A stretch of DNA of 64,000 bases from Candidatus Brockarchaeota archaeon (GTDB taxonomy: Archaea > Thermoproteota > EX4484-205 > JAAOZO01). Each line of letters begins with the position of its first letter. Position 1 is the stretch's first letter. Where the stretch lies: positions 3,815 to 67,814 of the forward strand of contig JAFNIV010000005.1 in assembly GCA_017601145.1 (NCBI GenBank), written 5' to 3'. Made by a program: the position numbers and the translations under genes. The notes beneath the pieces are model-generated. The model was not told the DNA's origin. It saw only the letters and a program-made list of their open reading frames with translations, and made no database searches. Below, piece by piece: positions 9,748 through 19,151 of this stretch.

Positions 9748-10770
9748 TCATTGAGCAATAATGTTCATTGCTGCTTCAGCTATGTCTATACTGTACTCTG
9801 CTACTCTTTTTACACTTTCTACAACTAATCTTAAGTTAACAGCAACTTTTGTGTTTTTGCATTCATTTATAATTTCATTTACAATTATATCATTTAGTTC
9901 TTCAACTTCATTAAGCTTAGAAAATGAATATTCTATAGCGATTTCTAATTCTTGTAATGTCTTAACTGAATCTTTAAACAACTCCAATGAAGTAGAGTAC
10001 ATTTTCAGTAACAACTCTGTTATTTTGGATGGGACTGAGTTATTTAAGCCACTCATTACTTTTGAGATACTTACTGCATGATCTGCGATTCGCTCTATGC
10101 TTTTTATCGCAATTATGTAGCTAAATCCATCGGTCATCTTTAGCATACCTAGAGTTTCAAGAAGGACAGGATCCCGTATAGCTTTGTTAAGTTGCCTTAC
10201 TACGAAAAAGTATAGGCGGTCTACTTCATCATCTCTTTTTTCCATTTGTTCATATGTGACAATACTACTTTGCTCTTTAAAACTTTTCATTAAGTCAGTG
10301 TGCATTGACATAGTGAGTATACTTATTCGATCTGTAAGTTTCTTTAATGAAAAATCAGAGTTCTTAAGTAAACATTGTACTACAATTTCATCTGGTGACT
10401 CGTCTACTATTTCTGTTCCAATGAGCTTCTTAATTATTTTTTCTTTCAGCTCTGTTTTATATGCAGAGCTCTTAGCTTTAAAACTTATACGAAACATATC
10501 GTAACCAATTAAGTATTTTGAAATTAAGCTTCTGAATAGGTCGTCAAGATTTTCGAAACGTGACGCATCTAAAGAAACTAAAAAGGATTCTTTTGTGGAT
10601 CTCTTTTTATGAAGAGAAATAATTAAAGAAGAGTTTAATAAAGGTTTAATTTCTATAAGGTCACTTCTTTTTATTTTTAAATTCTTAATCCACCACTTTG
10701 GTAAAGAGACAACATAAGTACCTTTCCCAGTAATCTGAACTTTTCTTATTTCTACTTCTGAGGAAGCCAT
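9748..10770 (-). CDS. phosphate uptake regulator, N-terminal AbrB/SpoVT DNA-binding domain fused to PhoU repeats
   Basis: 340 aa. N-terminus VQITGKGTYVVSLPKWWIKNLKIKRSDLIEI is AbrB-like. PhoU-type repeats include KRDDEVDRLYFF and ERIADHA. It is divergent from pstS. Confidence 0.8.
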   Translation of the reverse strand: MASSEVEIRKVQITGKGTYVVSLPKWWIKNLKIKRSDLIEIKPLLNSSLIISLHKKRSTKESFLVSLDASRFENLDDLFRSLISKYLIGYDMFRISFKAKSSAYKTELKEKIIKKLIGTEIVDESPDEIVVQCLLKNSDFSLKKLTDRISILTMSMHTDLMKSFKEQSSIVTYEQMEKRDDEVDRLYFFVVRQLNKAIRDPVLLETLGMLKMTDGFSYIIAIKSIERIADHAVSISKVMSGLNNSVPSKITELLLKMYSTSLELFKDSVKTLQELEIAIEYSFSKLNEVEELNDIIVNEIINECKNTKVAVNLRLVVESVKRVAEYSIDIAEAAMNIIAQ

Positions 10771-10813
10771 TCCTTGACTTTATGAAAGTAAATGGTATTT
10801 ATTTATTTTCTTT

Positions 10814-10854
10814 ATCTAAATAGATGACAATAGATCAAAATAGAGTATTTAGAT
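10814..10854. promoter_or_regulatory. candidate operator in the phoU(abrB)/pstS divergent promoter
   Basis: Perfect 9-bp inverted repeat: ATCTAAATA (10814-10822) and TATTTAGAT (10846-10854). It encloses AATAGAT, AATAGAT and AATAGAG at 10819, 10829 and 10839, an exact 10-bp period. Confidence 0.45.
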
Positions 10855-10899
10855 AATCAATATCTTCAGTATTGCAATGAGAGACGCACGGTGAGAAGA

Positions 10900-11988
10900 A
10901 TGAAAAAAAGAAACATATTTTTGCTTTCAATAATAGCAGTAATAGCAATAGCTTTAGTATTAACCTACAATTACTATACTTCACAAAGAAGAATAACCTT
11001 GTTAGGTGCAGGCGCAACTTTCCCATATCCACTTATCGATAAGTGGAGTAGTGTTTACGCAAACTTAACTAAAGGAAAGGTGATTGTTAACTACCAACCT
11101 ATAGGGAGTGGAGGAGGGCAAAGTAGCATAGCTAAGAAGTTAGTTGACTTTGCGGGTAGTGATGCACCACTCTCAAAAGATCAACTTAATAATGCTAGCT
11201 TTAAAGGGGTACTTCATATTCCAGAAACAATTGGGGCGGTAGTAATTGCGTACAATATTCCTGAATTGAAAAATACCAGACTAAGAATAGATGGAATAAC
11301 TCTGGCAAAGATGTACCTTGGAGAAATTACTAAGTGGAACGATCCTGCGATAGCAATAGACAATCCTGGTATCAATTTGCCAAATAAAGAAATAATACTC
11401 GTAAAAAGGGCAGATGCAAGTGGAACAAACTATGTCTTCACACAATACTTATCTGCTGTAAGTAATGAGTGGAAACAAAAAGTTGGTTTTGGTCTAACAT
11501 TTGCTTATCCACAAAGTATTGGAAATAGAGGTCTTCAAGGCAAAGGTAATCCTGGAGTTTCTGCAATTATCCAGCAAACACCATACAGCATAGGATACAT
11601 TGAACTTGCTTATGCCTTACAAAACAACATAACGTTTGCACTCTTAAAGAATAAAGATGGAAATTTTGTAGATGCTACAATTGACAACATAAAAGCTGCA
11701 GTTGCAGCGAAAGCAGTCACGCTTCCTAAAGGAGACGAATGTTGGGAAAATGTTAGTTTAGTAAATGCTGATGGAAAAAATTCTTACCCAATAGTTAGCT
11801 TTACTTATATATTGGTATTTAGAGACCTAAGTTACTTAAAAGACACTGAAAAAGCTAAGGCTTTAGTTGATTTCCTTAAATGGGCAGTTACAGATGGCCA
11901 GAAGTATGCTCCAGACCTTTATTATGTTCCTCTACCGCAAGAAGTTGTTAAAATTGACTTAAACACTATTTCGTTAATTAAATGGTAA
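10900..11988 (+). CDS. pstS: phosphate ABC transporter substrate-binding protein PstS (copy 1)
   Basis: GAGATFPYPL, IGSGGG and GSDAPL motifs, with an N-terminal TM anchor. The ORF track begins at GTG 10891; ATG 10900 (MKKRNIFLL) is the more likely start. Confidence 0.9.
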   Translation: MKKRNIFLLSIIAVIAIALVLTYNYYTSQRRITLLGAGATFPYPLIDKWSSVYANLTKGKVIVNYQPIGSGGGQSSIAKKLVDFAGSDAPLSKDQLNNASFKGVLHIPETIGAVVIAYNIPELKNTRLRIDGITLAKMYLGEITKWNDPAIAIDNPGINLPNKEIILVKRADASGTNYVFTQYLSAVSNEWKQKVGFGLTFAYPQSIGNRGLQGKGNPGVSAIIQQTPYSIGYIELAYALQNNITFALLKNKDGNFVDATIDNIKAAVAAKAVTLPKGDECWENVSLVNADGKNSYPIVSFTYILVFRDLSYLKDTEKAKALVDFLKWAVTDGQKYAPDLYYVPLPQEVVKIDLNTISLIKW

Positions 11989-12006
11989 AAGTAGGTAAAA
12001 AATAAA

Positions 12007-12894
12007 ATGAGAACAAACAAAATTTTTGATTTAATAACACTCTTTTTGTCATTTTTATATTTGACAATATTTTTTACATTTTTGTATGAACTTATAGTAA
12101 ACTCACAGCTAACTTGGAAAACTTATGGACTTCAGTTTATAACCAACATAAGATGGGACCCTAACAAAAACATGTTTGGAGCATTACCTTTTATCTATGG
12201 TACAATAACTACTTCAGTTTTTTCTTTAACTATTTCTTTTCCAATAAGCATTGGAACGGCTATATTTTTATCTGAAGTTGTAGACCCTAGAGTTTCTGGA
12301 CTCCTTACTGCAATAGTTGAGCTAATAGCAGGCATACCAAGTGTAGTAATAGGCCTCTGGGGCATTTTTTATCTTGTACCTTTTGTAAATAGTTTTTTAG
12401 AACCTACTCTTGGTCATCTTGCATTCATACCACTCTTTTCAAGCCAGGGTGTTTCAGGACTTAATGTAATGAGTGCAATACTGATTTTGTCCTTCATGAT
12501 CACTCCTTTTATGGTAGTTACAGTAAAGAGCGCTCTTGATAGTGTTCCTGATGACTTAAAAGAAGCAATGTATAGCCTTGGAGCACATAAACATGAAGTG
12601 ATAGCTTATGTAAGCTTACCGTACATTAAAAGAGCTTTAGTTAGTGGAGCAATATTAGCATTTGGCAGAGCTTTCGGAGAGACTATGGCGGTAGTAATGG
12701 TAATTGGAAACATGCCAAACATTTCTTTGTCTCTTTTTAGTCCAGGGTATACGATTCCAGGAGTCATCGCAAATGAGCTTACAGAGGCTATTGAACCATT
12801 ACATGTTTCTTCTCTGATTTCTCTGGCTTTAGTACTAGAAGCAGTTTCAATCATAATCATCATTGCTGAGAGGTGGCTCGTTAGGAAATGGTAG
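12007..12894 (+). CDS. pstC: phosphate ABC transporter permease PstC (copy 1)
   Basis: 295 aa, multi-TM, with a GRAFGETMAV permease loop. Supported by operon order. Confidence 0.9.
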   Translation: MRTNKIFDLITLFLSFLYLTIFFTFLYELIVNSQLTWKTYGLQFITNIRWDPNKNMFGALPFIYGTITTSVFSLTISFPISIGTAIFLSEVVDPRVSGLLTAIVELIAGIPSVVIGLWGIFYLVPFVNSFLEPTLGHLAFIPLFSSQGVSGLNVMSAILILSFMITPFMVVTVKSALDSVPDDLKEAMYSLGAHKHEVIAYVSLPYIKRALVSGAILAFGRAFGETMAVVMVIGNMPNISLSLFSPGYTIPGVIANELTEAIEPLHVSSLISLALVLEAVSIIIIIAERWLVRKW

Positions 12895-13706
12895 ATGTTA
12901 AGGAAATTAACGACAAGTTACTCAATGCTTTTGCTACGTTTTCATTTGTGATCGTAGCGATACCACTTCTACTTATAGTTGGAACAACTGCAGTAAGAGG
13001 CATAAAAGCAATAAACTTTGAGTTCTTTTTAGCATTACCAAGTCCTCCAGGACAATCTGGGGGCGGAATAGTAAATGCTATAGTAGGATCATTAGTTTTA
13101 TCTGTAATGAGTATGATGACCAGTATACCAATAGCCCTAGCTGTTTCTATCTACCTTTACAAGTCTAGAAGTGTTAAAGTAAAGGAACTCATAAAAATAG
13201 CTAATGATTTATTAATAGGAACTCCAAGCATAGTTGCTGGAGTTTTTATATATCTTACTGTAGTACCAGTAACAGGATTTTCAGCACTGGCAGGAGCTTT
13301 AGCACTTTCTGTTCTCGCAATACCAATCATGGTAAGTGTTTTTGAAGAAGCACTTCAATTAGTTCCATACGATATCTTTGAGTCTGCAGTAAGTTTGGGG
13401 CTTGAAGATTGGAAGGTACTAATCTTTGTGATAGTTAGAGAAGCAATGCCAATGATTCTTTCTGGTACTCTTATAGCTCTTGGAAGAATTTTAGGAGAAA
13501 CAGCGCCTCTAATCTTTACATCATTTGGTAGCCCAAGTCTTAGTTTTGATCCAACAAAGCCTATTTCAGCACTACCTCTATTAATCTATAACTACGCTAT
13601 GTCACCTTGGAAAGATTGGCAAGAAAAGGCTTGGGGCGCAGCATTAGTTCTAACTATTATTGAGCTTTCAATATACCTTTTGTCAAGAGTGATTCAAAAA
13701 AGATGA
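12888..13706 (+). CDS. pstA: phosphate ABC transporter permease PstA (copy 1)
   Basis: 272 aa, multi-TM, with a GRILGETAPL loop. It overlaps both neighbouring genes. Confidence 0.9.
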   Translation: MVDVKEINDKLLNAFATFSFVIVAIPLLLIVGTTAVRGIKAINFEFFLALPSPPGQSGGGIVNAIVGSLVLSVMSMMTSIPIALAVSIYLYKSRSVKVKELIKIANDLLIGTPSIVAGVFIYLTVVPVTGFSALAGALALSVLAIPIMVSVFEEALQLVPYDIFESAVSLGLEDWKVLIFVIVREAMPMILSGTLIALGRILGETAPLIFTSFGSPSLSFDPTKPISALPLLIYNYAMSPWKDWQEKAWGAALVLTIIELSIYLLSRVIQKR

Positions 13707-14449
13707 AAGCAAAAATTAAGATCAGAAACTTAAGTGCATGGTATGGAAAAAGACAGGTTTTAAGAGATATAAATCTTGAAATACCTGAAAATTCAGTTAC
13801 AGCTATAATTGGTCCAAGTGGTGGAGGAAAATCAACGCTTCTAAGATGTATAAATAGAACACATGAATTAAAAAGAGGTGCCAAAGTAAGTGGAAGCATA
13901 CTCATAGACGACACCGATATATATAAAGTTAATCCAATAGAGGTAAGAAAAAAGATAGGTTTCGTTTTCCAAAAACCAAATCCTTTTCCAAATATGAGCG
14001 TTTATGACAACGTTGCTGTTGGTTTGAGAGTTAATGGAGTAAAAGATGAAAAAGAAATACAGTCCTTAGTTGAAGAAGCATTAGTTAAGGTAAATCTATG
14101 GAACGAAGTGAAGGATAGGCTTAGCTTCCTCGCTATCAAACTAAGTGGAGGACAACAACAAAGATTATGTATTGCAAGAGCAATAGTTCTTGAACCTGAA
14201 GTAGTTTTGATGGACGAACCAACCAGTGCGCTAGATTATTTTTCTATGATTGCAATAGAAAATCTAATTAAAAAAATAAGCTTTGAGCATACCGTTGTGT
14301 TATCAACGCACAATATTCAACAAGCAGCAAGAGTTTCTGATTATATTGCATTTATTTATTCAGGACAAATTATAGAATATGGTGACACTAAAACTATGCT
14401 TCTAAATCCGAAGGACGAAATAATCAAAGAATATCTTGCTGAATTATGA
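13703..14449 (+). CDS. pstB: phosphate ABC transporter ATP-binding protein PstB (copy 1, divergent)
   Basis: 248 aa. [30 protein letters not shown] and THNIQQAARVSD. Confidence 0.9.
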   Translation: MKAKIKIRNLSAWYGKRQVLRDINLEIPENSVTAIIGPSGGGKSTLLRCINRTHELKRGAKVSGSILIDDTDIYKVNPIEVRKKIGFVFQKPNPFPNMSVYDNVAVGLRVNGVKDEKEIQSLVEEALVKVNLWNEVKDRLSFLAIKLSGGQQQRLCIARAIVLEPEVVLMDEPTSALDYFSMIAIENLIKKISFEHTVVLSTHNIQQAARVSDYIAFIYSGQIIEYGDTKTMLLNPKDEIIKEYLAEL

Positions 14450-14473
14450 GCGTTCCTTAAGAGATTCTTACAT

Positions 14474-14914
14474 TTATTTTAAGCTAAATGATGGTTTTGA
14501 TCTTAATGCTATTACATCTAATTTCTTGATTAATTCGAGAACTTTTTCTTCTATAGCATCTCTAATTTTTCTTGCTTCATCTAAAGACATTTTTGCAGGA
14601 TCTGGAAAGTTCCATTCCTCAACATATTTTGTATAGACCACTGGACATTCGTTTCCTCCGCAAACTATTATTGCAATATCCGCAACTTCTTGTAGCTCTT
14701 TAGTTAGTAACTTTGGTCTTTTTTTAGAAATATCTATGCCCTTCTCCTTCATCAGAAGTACTGCATTTGGATGAACTTTTCTTGCTGGTTTATTACCTGC
14801 ACTTACAGCAATCCAGCCTTCAGGAGCGAAATGATTAAAAAAAGCTTCAGCAATTTGGCTTCTGAAGCTGTTTTCAACACAAACAAAAAGAACGGTTCTT
14901 GATTTTGAACTCAT
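14474..14914 (-). CDS. arsC: LMW-PTP-fold arsenate reductase-like protein
   Basis: 146 aa. It has the C-x5-R-S P-loop VCVENSFRSQ and a downstream Cys pair, CGGNECP. Confidence 0.65.
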   Translation of the reverse strand: MSSKSRTVLFVCVENSFRSQIAEAFFNHFAPEGWIAVSAGNKPARKVHPNAVLLMKEKGIDISKKRPKLLTKELQEVADIAIIVCGGNECPVVYTKYVEEWNFPDPAKMSLDEARKIRDAIEEKVLELIKKLDVIALRSKPSFSLK

Positions 14915-15097
14915 GAAGCATCAATAGTTAACTCAATTTTTAAACTTTTTTATCTTATTCTTTAAGAGGCTCTCTAATTTGAGAAGAATGGTCAAATATA
15001 ACTATAGGATCTTTTGCATTTTTTGATAGAGCTTCCTTTTAAGTTTGATTTATTACTAAACTTTAAAAACATATCTTGATTAGAGGGTAGACTGTCA

Positions 15098-16597
15098 ATG
15101 AAAAAATCTGAAATTGAACTCAATACTTGGCCTTTATATCACAAAAGCGAACTTATAGTTGGAAACCCAAGAAGCAACGTTGCAATATGTACTTTATGGA
15201 CAAAAAAGGAGCTTTTCCTAGACCTACCAAAAGAAAAGTTTGCGGTTATAGGGAACTTACGTACTACTTATGGGATAAATCCCTTAATTAAGAATATTTT
15301 AGCTAATCCAAGAATAAAGTACATCATAGTATGTGGAGAAGACCTAATGAAAACAGGAAATATTATAATTAACTTTTTTGATAATGGCATAAATGAAGAT
15401 TACCAGATAATTGGGACGCAAGCCTTTGTTGATAGAAACATTCCAAAAGAAGCAATTGAAACTTTAAGAAAAAACATAAAAATAATGGATCTAAGAAATA
15501 CAAAAAACTTAGAAGAACTAAAATCAAAAATCATAAGCATACTTAACGAAGTATCTAAAGAAGAAGAACCATTTAGTAACCCTATAGTTGTAGATGAAAA
15601 AGAAAAAGAAGTTGAAAGTTTATTTTCTGAAGATAAAGTGTTTCGTGTAGAAGGAGATCTTATTTCTGAGGTTTGGTTAGAGGCCTTAGACCTAGTGATG
15701 AAATTTGGAGAAGTAAAACAAACAGAATACAACATAAAACAAAAAGAAGTTCTTGGAATAATATCTGTAATAAACAATGAAGAAAGAGATCTTCCTCCTT
15801 GGTTGCCGATAAATAGAGAAGACCTTGAAAACTACTACTTAACGTTTTTTAATCAAATAAAGCCAGAAGGTGTTGAGTATACTTATGGAGAACGACTATT
15901 TGGCTTAAAGGTTTCTTCTATGAGTGAGAATGTTAGAAGCTCTTTAGAACCAAAAATGATTAAAGAAGCTCACGCAATTCTTGATCAGATTGAACTTATA
16001 GCTAAAAAATTAAAGGAAAAACCATTTACAAGAAGAGCTATCGCTGTTACATGGAGACATGAGTTTGACTTAGTCTCTTCTAATCCTCCATGTTTAATTG
16101 AAATAGTCTGGAGCATAAAGTTTGGAAAACTTCATCAAATGTGTACTTTTAGAAGCCATGATATGTTTGGAGCTTGGTTACTCAATGTTTTTGCATTAAG
16201 AAAACTACAACACCATATTTCAGATAAAGTTGGCTTTCCTGTTGGAAGTTTAGTAGTTGTTTCTGTTTCTGCGCATGTTTATGAGAACAATTGGAGTACT
16301 GCGGAAGAGATCTTAGAAAAACAATACAGAAATAAAAGGATGGAATTTAAAGAAGACCCAAGAGGATTTTTTGTAATAAAAATTGAAAACAATGAAATCT
16401 TAGTAGAACATAGATTAAAAGATGGAAGAAAAACAAAGTATGAATTTCGAGGGAAAAACGCAGAAGAGTTGTACAGACGAATCTTAAATGAAAATTTAGT
16501 CTCAAGGTTAGATCATGCAGCATACTTAGGAAAAGAACTAACTCGCGCTGAAATAGCTTTAAGAGAAGGAAAACCTTATGTGCAAGATAAGGCTTAG
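15098..16597 (+). CDS. fusion protein: MtrA-like N-terminal domain plus thymidylate synthase (ThyA)-like C-terminal domain
   Basis: 499 aa. The N-terminus VGNPRSNVAICTLW...ANPRIKYIIVCGED resembles MtrA (VGNPES.VAVVTLGS...NPNIRF.I.CG). The C-terminus RRAIAVTWRHE, NPPCLIEIVW and FRSHDMFGAW matches the ThyA R-R / P-C / (Q)RS.D motifs. Confidence 0.7.
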   Translation: MKKSEIELNTWPLYHKSELIVGNPRSNVAICTLWTKKELFLDLPKEKFAVIGNLRTTYGINPLIKNILANPRIKYIIVCGEDLMKTGNIIINFFDNGINEDYQIIGTQAFVDRNIPKEAIETLRKNIKIMDLRNTKNLEELKSKIISILNEVSKEEEPFSNPIVVDEKEKEVESLFSEDKVFRVEGDLISEVWLEALDLVMKFGEVKQTEYNIKQKEVLGIISVINNEERDLPPWLPINREDLENYYLTFFNQIKPEGVEYTYGERLFGLKVSSMSENVRSSLEPKMIKEAHAILDQIELIAKKLKEKPFTRRAIAVTWRHEFDLVSSNPPCLIEIVWSIKFGKLHQMCTFRSHDMFGAWLLNVFALRKLQHHISDKVGFPVGSLVVVSVSAHVYENNWSTAEEILEKQYRNKRMEFKEDPRGFFVIKIENNEILVEHRLKDGRKTKYEFRGKNAEELYRRILNENLVSRLDHAAYLGKELTRAEIALREGKPYVQDKA

Positions 16598-16861
16598 TCA
16601 AGTTCTATTAGCATAATTGGTTCAAAAGCTTATACACTCAGTCGAGACTTATTTTACATCTTCCTTTGGTTTGGGCATTTTTGTTTCTTTATCTCTAGTT
16701 GGTTGTTTATGTTCATACTTAATAAAAGACAGAGTATATACAGAGGGAACCTTTCCTATAGCTGTAATTTTTTATCCTAGAAAATCTCTAGGTTCTGATC
16801 AAATGGGCGACTCGTTAAACTAATTTATCATATAAACAAAGAGTGTAATCTGCAAATTTCC

Positions 16862-17793
16862 ATTGGTATCGATGAGGGTGACGTAAAGTTTCTTAAAGAT
16901 TTAAAAGATTTTGATAAGTATAGAAGGTAAAATGTCCAATCCATGTCGGAGAGCCGCTTACATACTCATAACTAACATTTGGGCATATCAATGTCGACTA
17001 ATAAATATGTCGATTTAGAAAAAGAAGCCTATTCAAACTTAGTGGGGAGGCATACCTTCCTAAGGCTAGAGCCTCTATCGCTCAAAGAATTCCTCGAATT
17101 GAAAAAGGAGAAGAGGGTGGGAAATTTCGAGGTTTGGGAAGAAGAATTATTCCTTTCTTTCCCAGAATATCTTAGGAAGCCCTTTCCGGAGATCGTAAAA
17201 GAGACCAATGAAAGGAGAATATCGGAATATCTGAGGGAGAACGTTGCCGGTAAGATAATTTATAGGGACTTGCCAACGAAGTTTAAGGATGTAAATGAAG
17301 AACTCTTGATCAGTTTAATCGATGGTTTCTATCAAAACCCTGGAATGATCTTAAATTTGGATGATTTAAGTAGGAACTTAAAAATCTGTTCTACTTGAGG
17401 TTTTCCTACTTAATAAGAATTGTGAAGAATTTCAGGGTTTCGATTTTACTAGCCAGTAGAAAGTTGCAAAAAATCTATCCATATCATTGGTCTTAATTTT
17501 TGGGTTTCATAGTGAGGTGGAGAGGGGAAGGTTTCTAGAAGCAGTCGTAGCTTCTTTACTCGATGTCAAGTTTTATTGGAGGAAAGGGACAAAAGAAAGA
17601 TTTCTTAATAAAGAATGAAAAGATGGTTTCCATTGAAGTCAAGTCAACTCCAGAAACAAGAAATTTATTAAATTTCATTAAGAGCTTTAATGTTAAAGAA
17701 GGTTTGTTAATTCATGATGGAAGAAAAGACGAATATCTTAAAACAAATGACTTTAAAGTAAAAATCTTGCCACTTTTCGAGCTCGCTTTTTAA
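16862..17793 (+). pseudogene. degraded AAA-ATPase of the AAA_14/DUF4143 type
   Basis: Fragments lie in different frames. IGIDEGDVKFLKDLKD ends in a stop. ORF 16979..17398 reads LVGRHTFLRLEPLSLKEFLEL...YLRENVAGKIIYRDLP. ORF 17563..17793 has IEVKS in a C-terminal nuclease-like fold. No Walker A segment was found. Confidence 0.5.
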
Positions 17794-17973
17794 CCGGATG
17801 AGGGGCTTGAGTTCTGAGAATAAAAATCCAAGTACGTTTATACCTTAATAGGGTAACTATTATTAAGTTTGCTCGAAGTTGTTACTTAGTCGAAAAATAA
17901 AATCTAACATGCGAATTTAAAGAAATACTTATTAAATGCTTAAGCTTTTTTCACTTACGGAAAGGTGAGCATC

Positions 17974-19146
17974 ATGGAAAACTTTGAGTTTATTAGTCCA
18001 ACAAAGATAATCTTTGGAAGAGATACTGAAAGCTTAGTTGGAGACGAAGTAAAAAAGTACAGTAACAAAATTTTATTTCATTATGGTGGTGGAAGCATAA
18101 AAAGAATAGGCCTTTATGAAAAAGTAGTTAACTCACTAGAAAAGGCTGGAGTAAAGTTCATTGAACTTCCTGGAGTAAAGCCAAACCCAAGGTTAAGCTT
18201 GGTGCAGGAAGGAATAAAGATATGTAGAGAAAATAAAATTGATTTTATTCTTGCTGTTGGTGGAGGTAGTGTAATTGATTCTGCCAAGGCTATTGGAGTC
18301 GGAGTACCTTATGAAGGAAACGTATGGGATTTTTATATAGGTAAGGCTACACCAAGGGAAACTTTACCAGTTGGAGTTATACTCACAATACCCGGTGCAG
18401 GAAGTGAAGCTAGCAATAGCTCAGTCATTACTAACGAAGAAGGCTGGTATAAACGCTCATTGGATAACGATGTTATACGCCCAAAATTTGCTATAATGAA
18501 TCCAGAGGTAACATTTTCTGTTTCTCCATACTATACGGCATGTGGAGTAGCAGACATGATGGCTCATGTTATGGAACGTTACTTTACAAATACTGTTGAC
18601 ACTGACTTAACAGATAGATTGTGCGAAGCTACGCTAAAAACTATAATTAAAAATGCTCAAATTGTACTAGAAGAACCAAAAAACTATGCTGCTCGGGCTG
18701 AACTCATGTGGGCAAGTACAATTGCTCATAATGGCTTGTTGGGTACTGGAAGAACAGGAGACTGGGCTTCGCATCTTATAGAACATGAGCTTAGCGGCCT
18801 ATACGATGTCACACATGGCGCAGGACTTGCAGTAATCTTTCCAGCTTGGATGAAGTATGTATATAAACATCGAATAGATAAATTTGTACAATTTGCTGCT
18901 AGAGTATGGAGCATAGAACCAAATTTCGAATCTTTAGAAAAGACTGCCTTAGAAGGTATAGAACAACTAAAAGAGTTCTTCAAGAAATTAGGACTACCAA
19001 CTACTTTAAAAGAGTTGAATGTACCTGAAAAAAAGTTTGAAGAAATAGCTTCAAGATGTACAAACAATGGCACTTCAACTGTAGGTAACTTCGTGAAGCT
19101 AAGCAAAGAAGATATAGTAAAAATATTGGAAATTGCTGAAAAATAA
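17974..19146 (+). CDS. iron-containing alcohol dehydrogenase (YqhD/butanol dehydrogenase-like)
   Basis: GGGSVIDSAKAI and the His cluster HLIEHELS...THGAG. The ATG at 17974 is preceded by AGGTGA; the ORF track starts at GTG 17965. Confidence 0.9.
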   Translation: MENFEFISPTKIIFGRDTESLVGDEVKKYSNKILFHYGGGSIKRIGLYEKVVNSLEKAGVKFIELPGVKPNPRLSLVQEGIKICRENKIDFILAVGGGSVIDSAKAIGVGVPYEGNVWDFYIGKATPRETLPVGVILTIPGAGSEASNSSVITNEEGWYKRSLDNDVIRPKFAIMNPEVTFSVSPYYTACGVADMMAHVMERYFTNTVDTDLTDRLCEATLKTIIKNAQIVLEEPKNYAARAELMWASTIAHNGLLGTGRTGDWASHLIEHELSGLYDVTHGAGLAVIFPAWMKYVYKHRIDKFVQFAARVWSIEPNFESLEKTALEGIEQLKEFFKKLGLPTTLKELNVPEKKFEEIASRCTNNGTSTVGNFVKLSKEDIVKILEIAEK

Positions 19147-19151
19147 AAAAA

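Noticed and set aside
16617-16823. 68-aa ORF downstream of the thyA-like gene.
   Set aside because: It is hydrophobic and low-complexity, uses a non-ATG start and has no motif. It is probably non-coding spacer next to the decayed ATPase gene.
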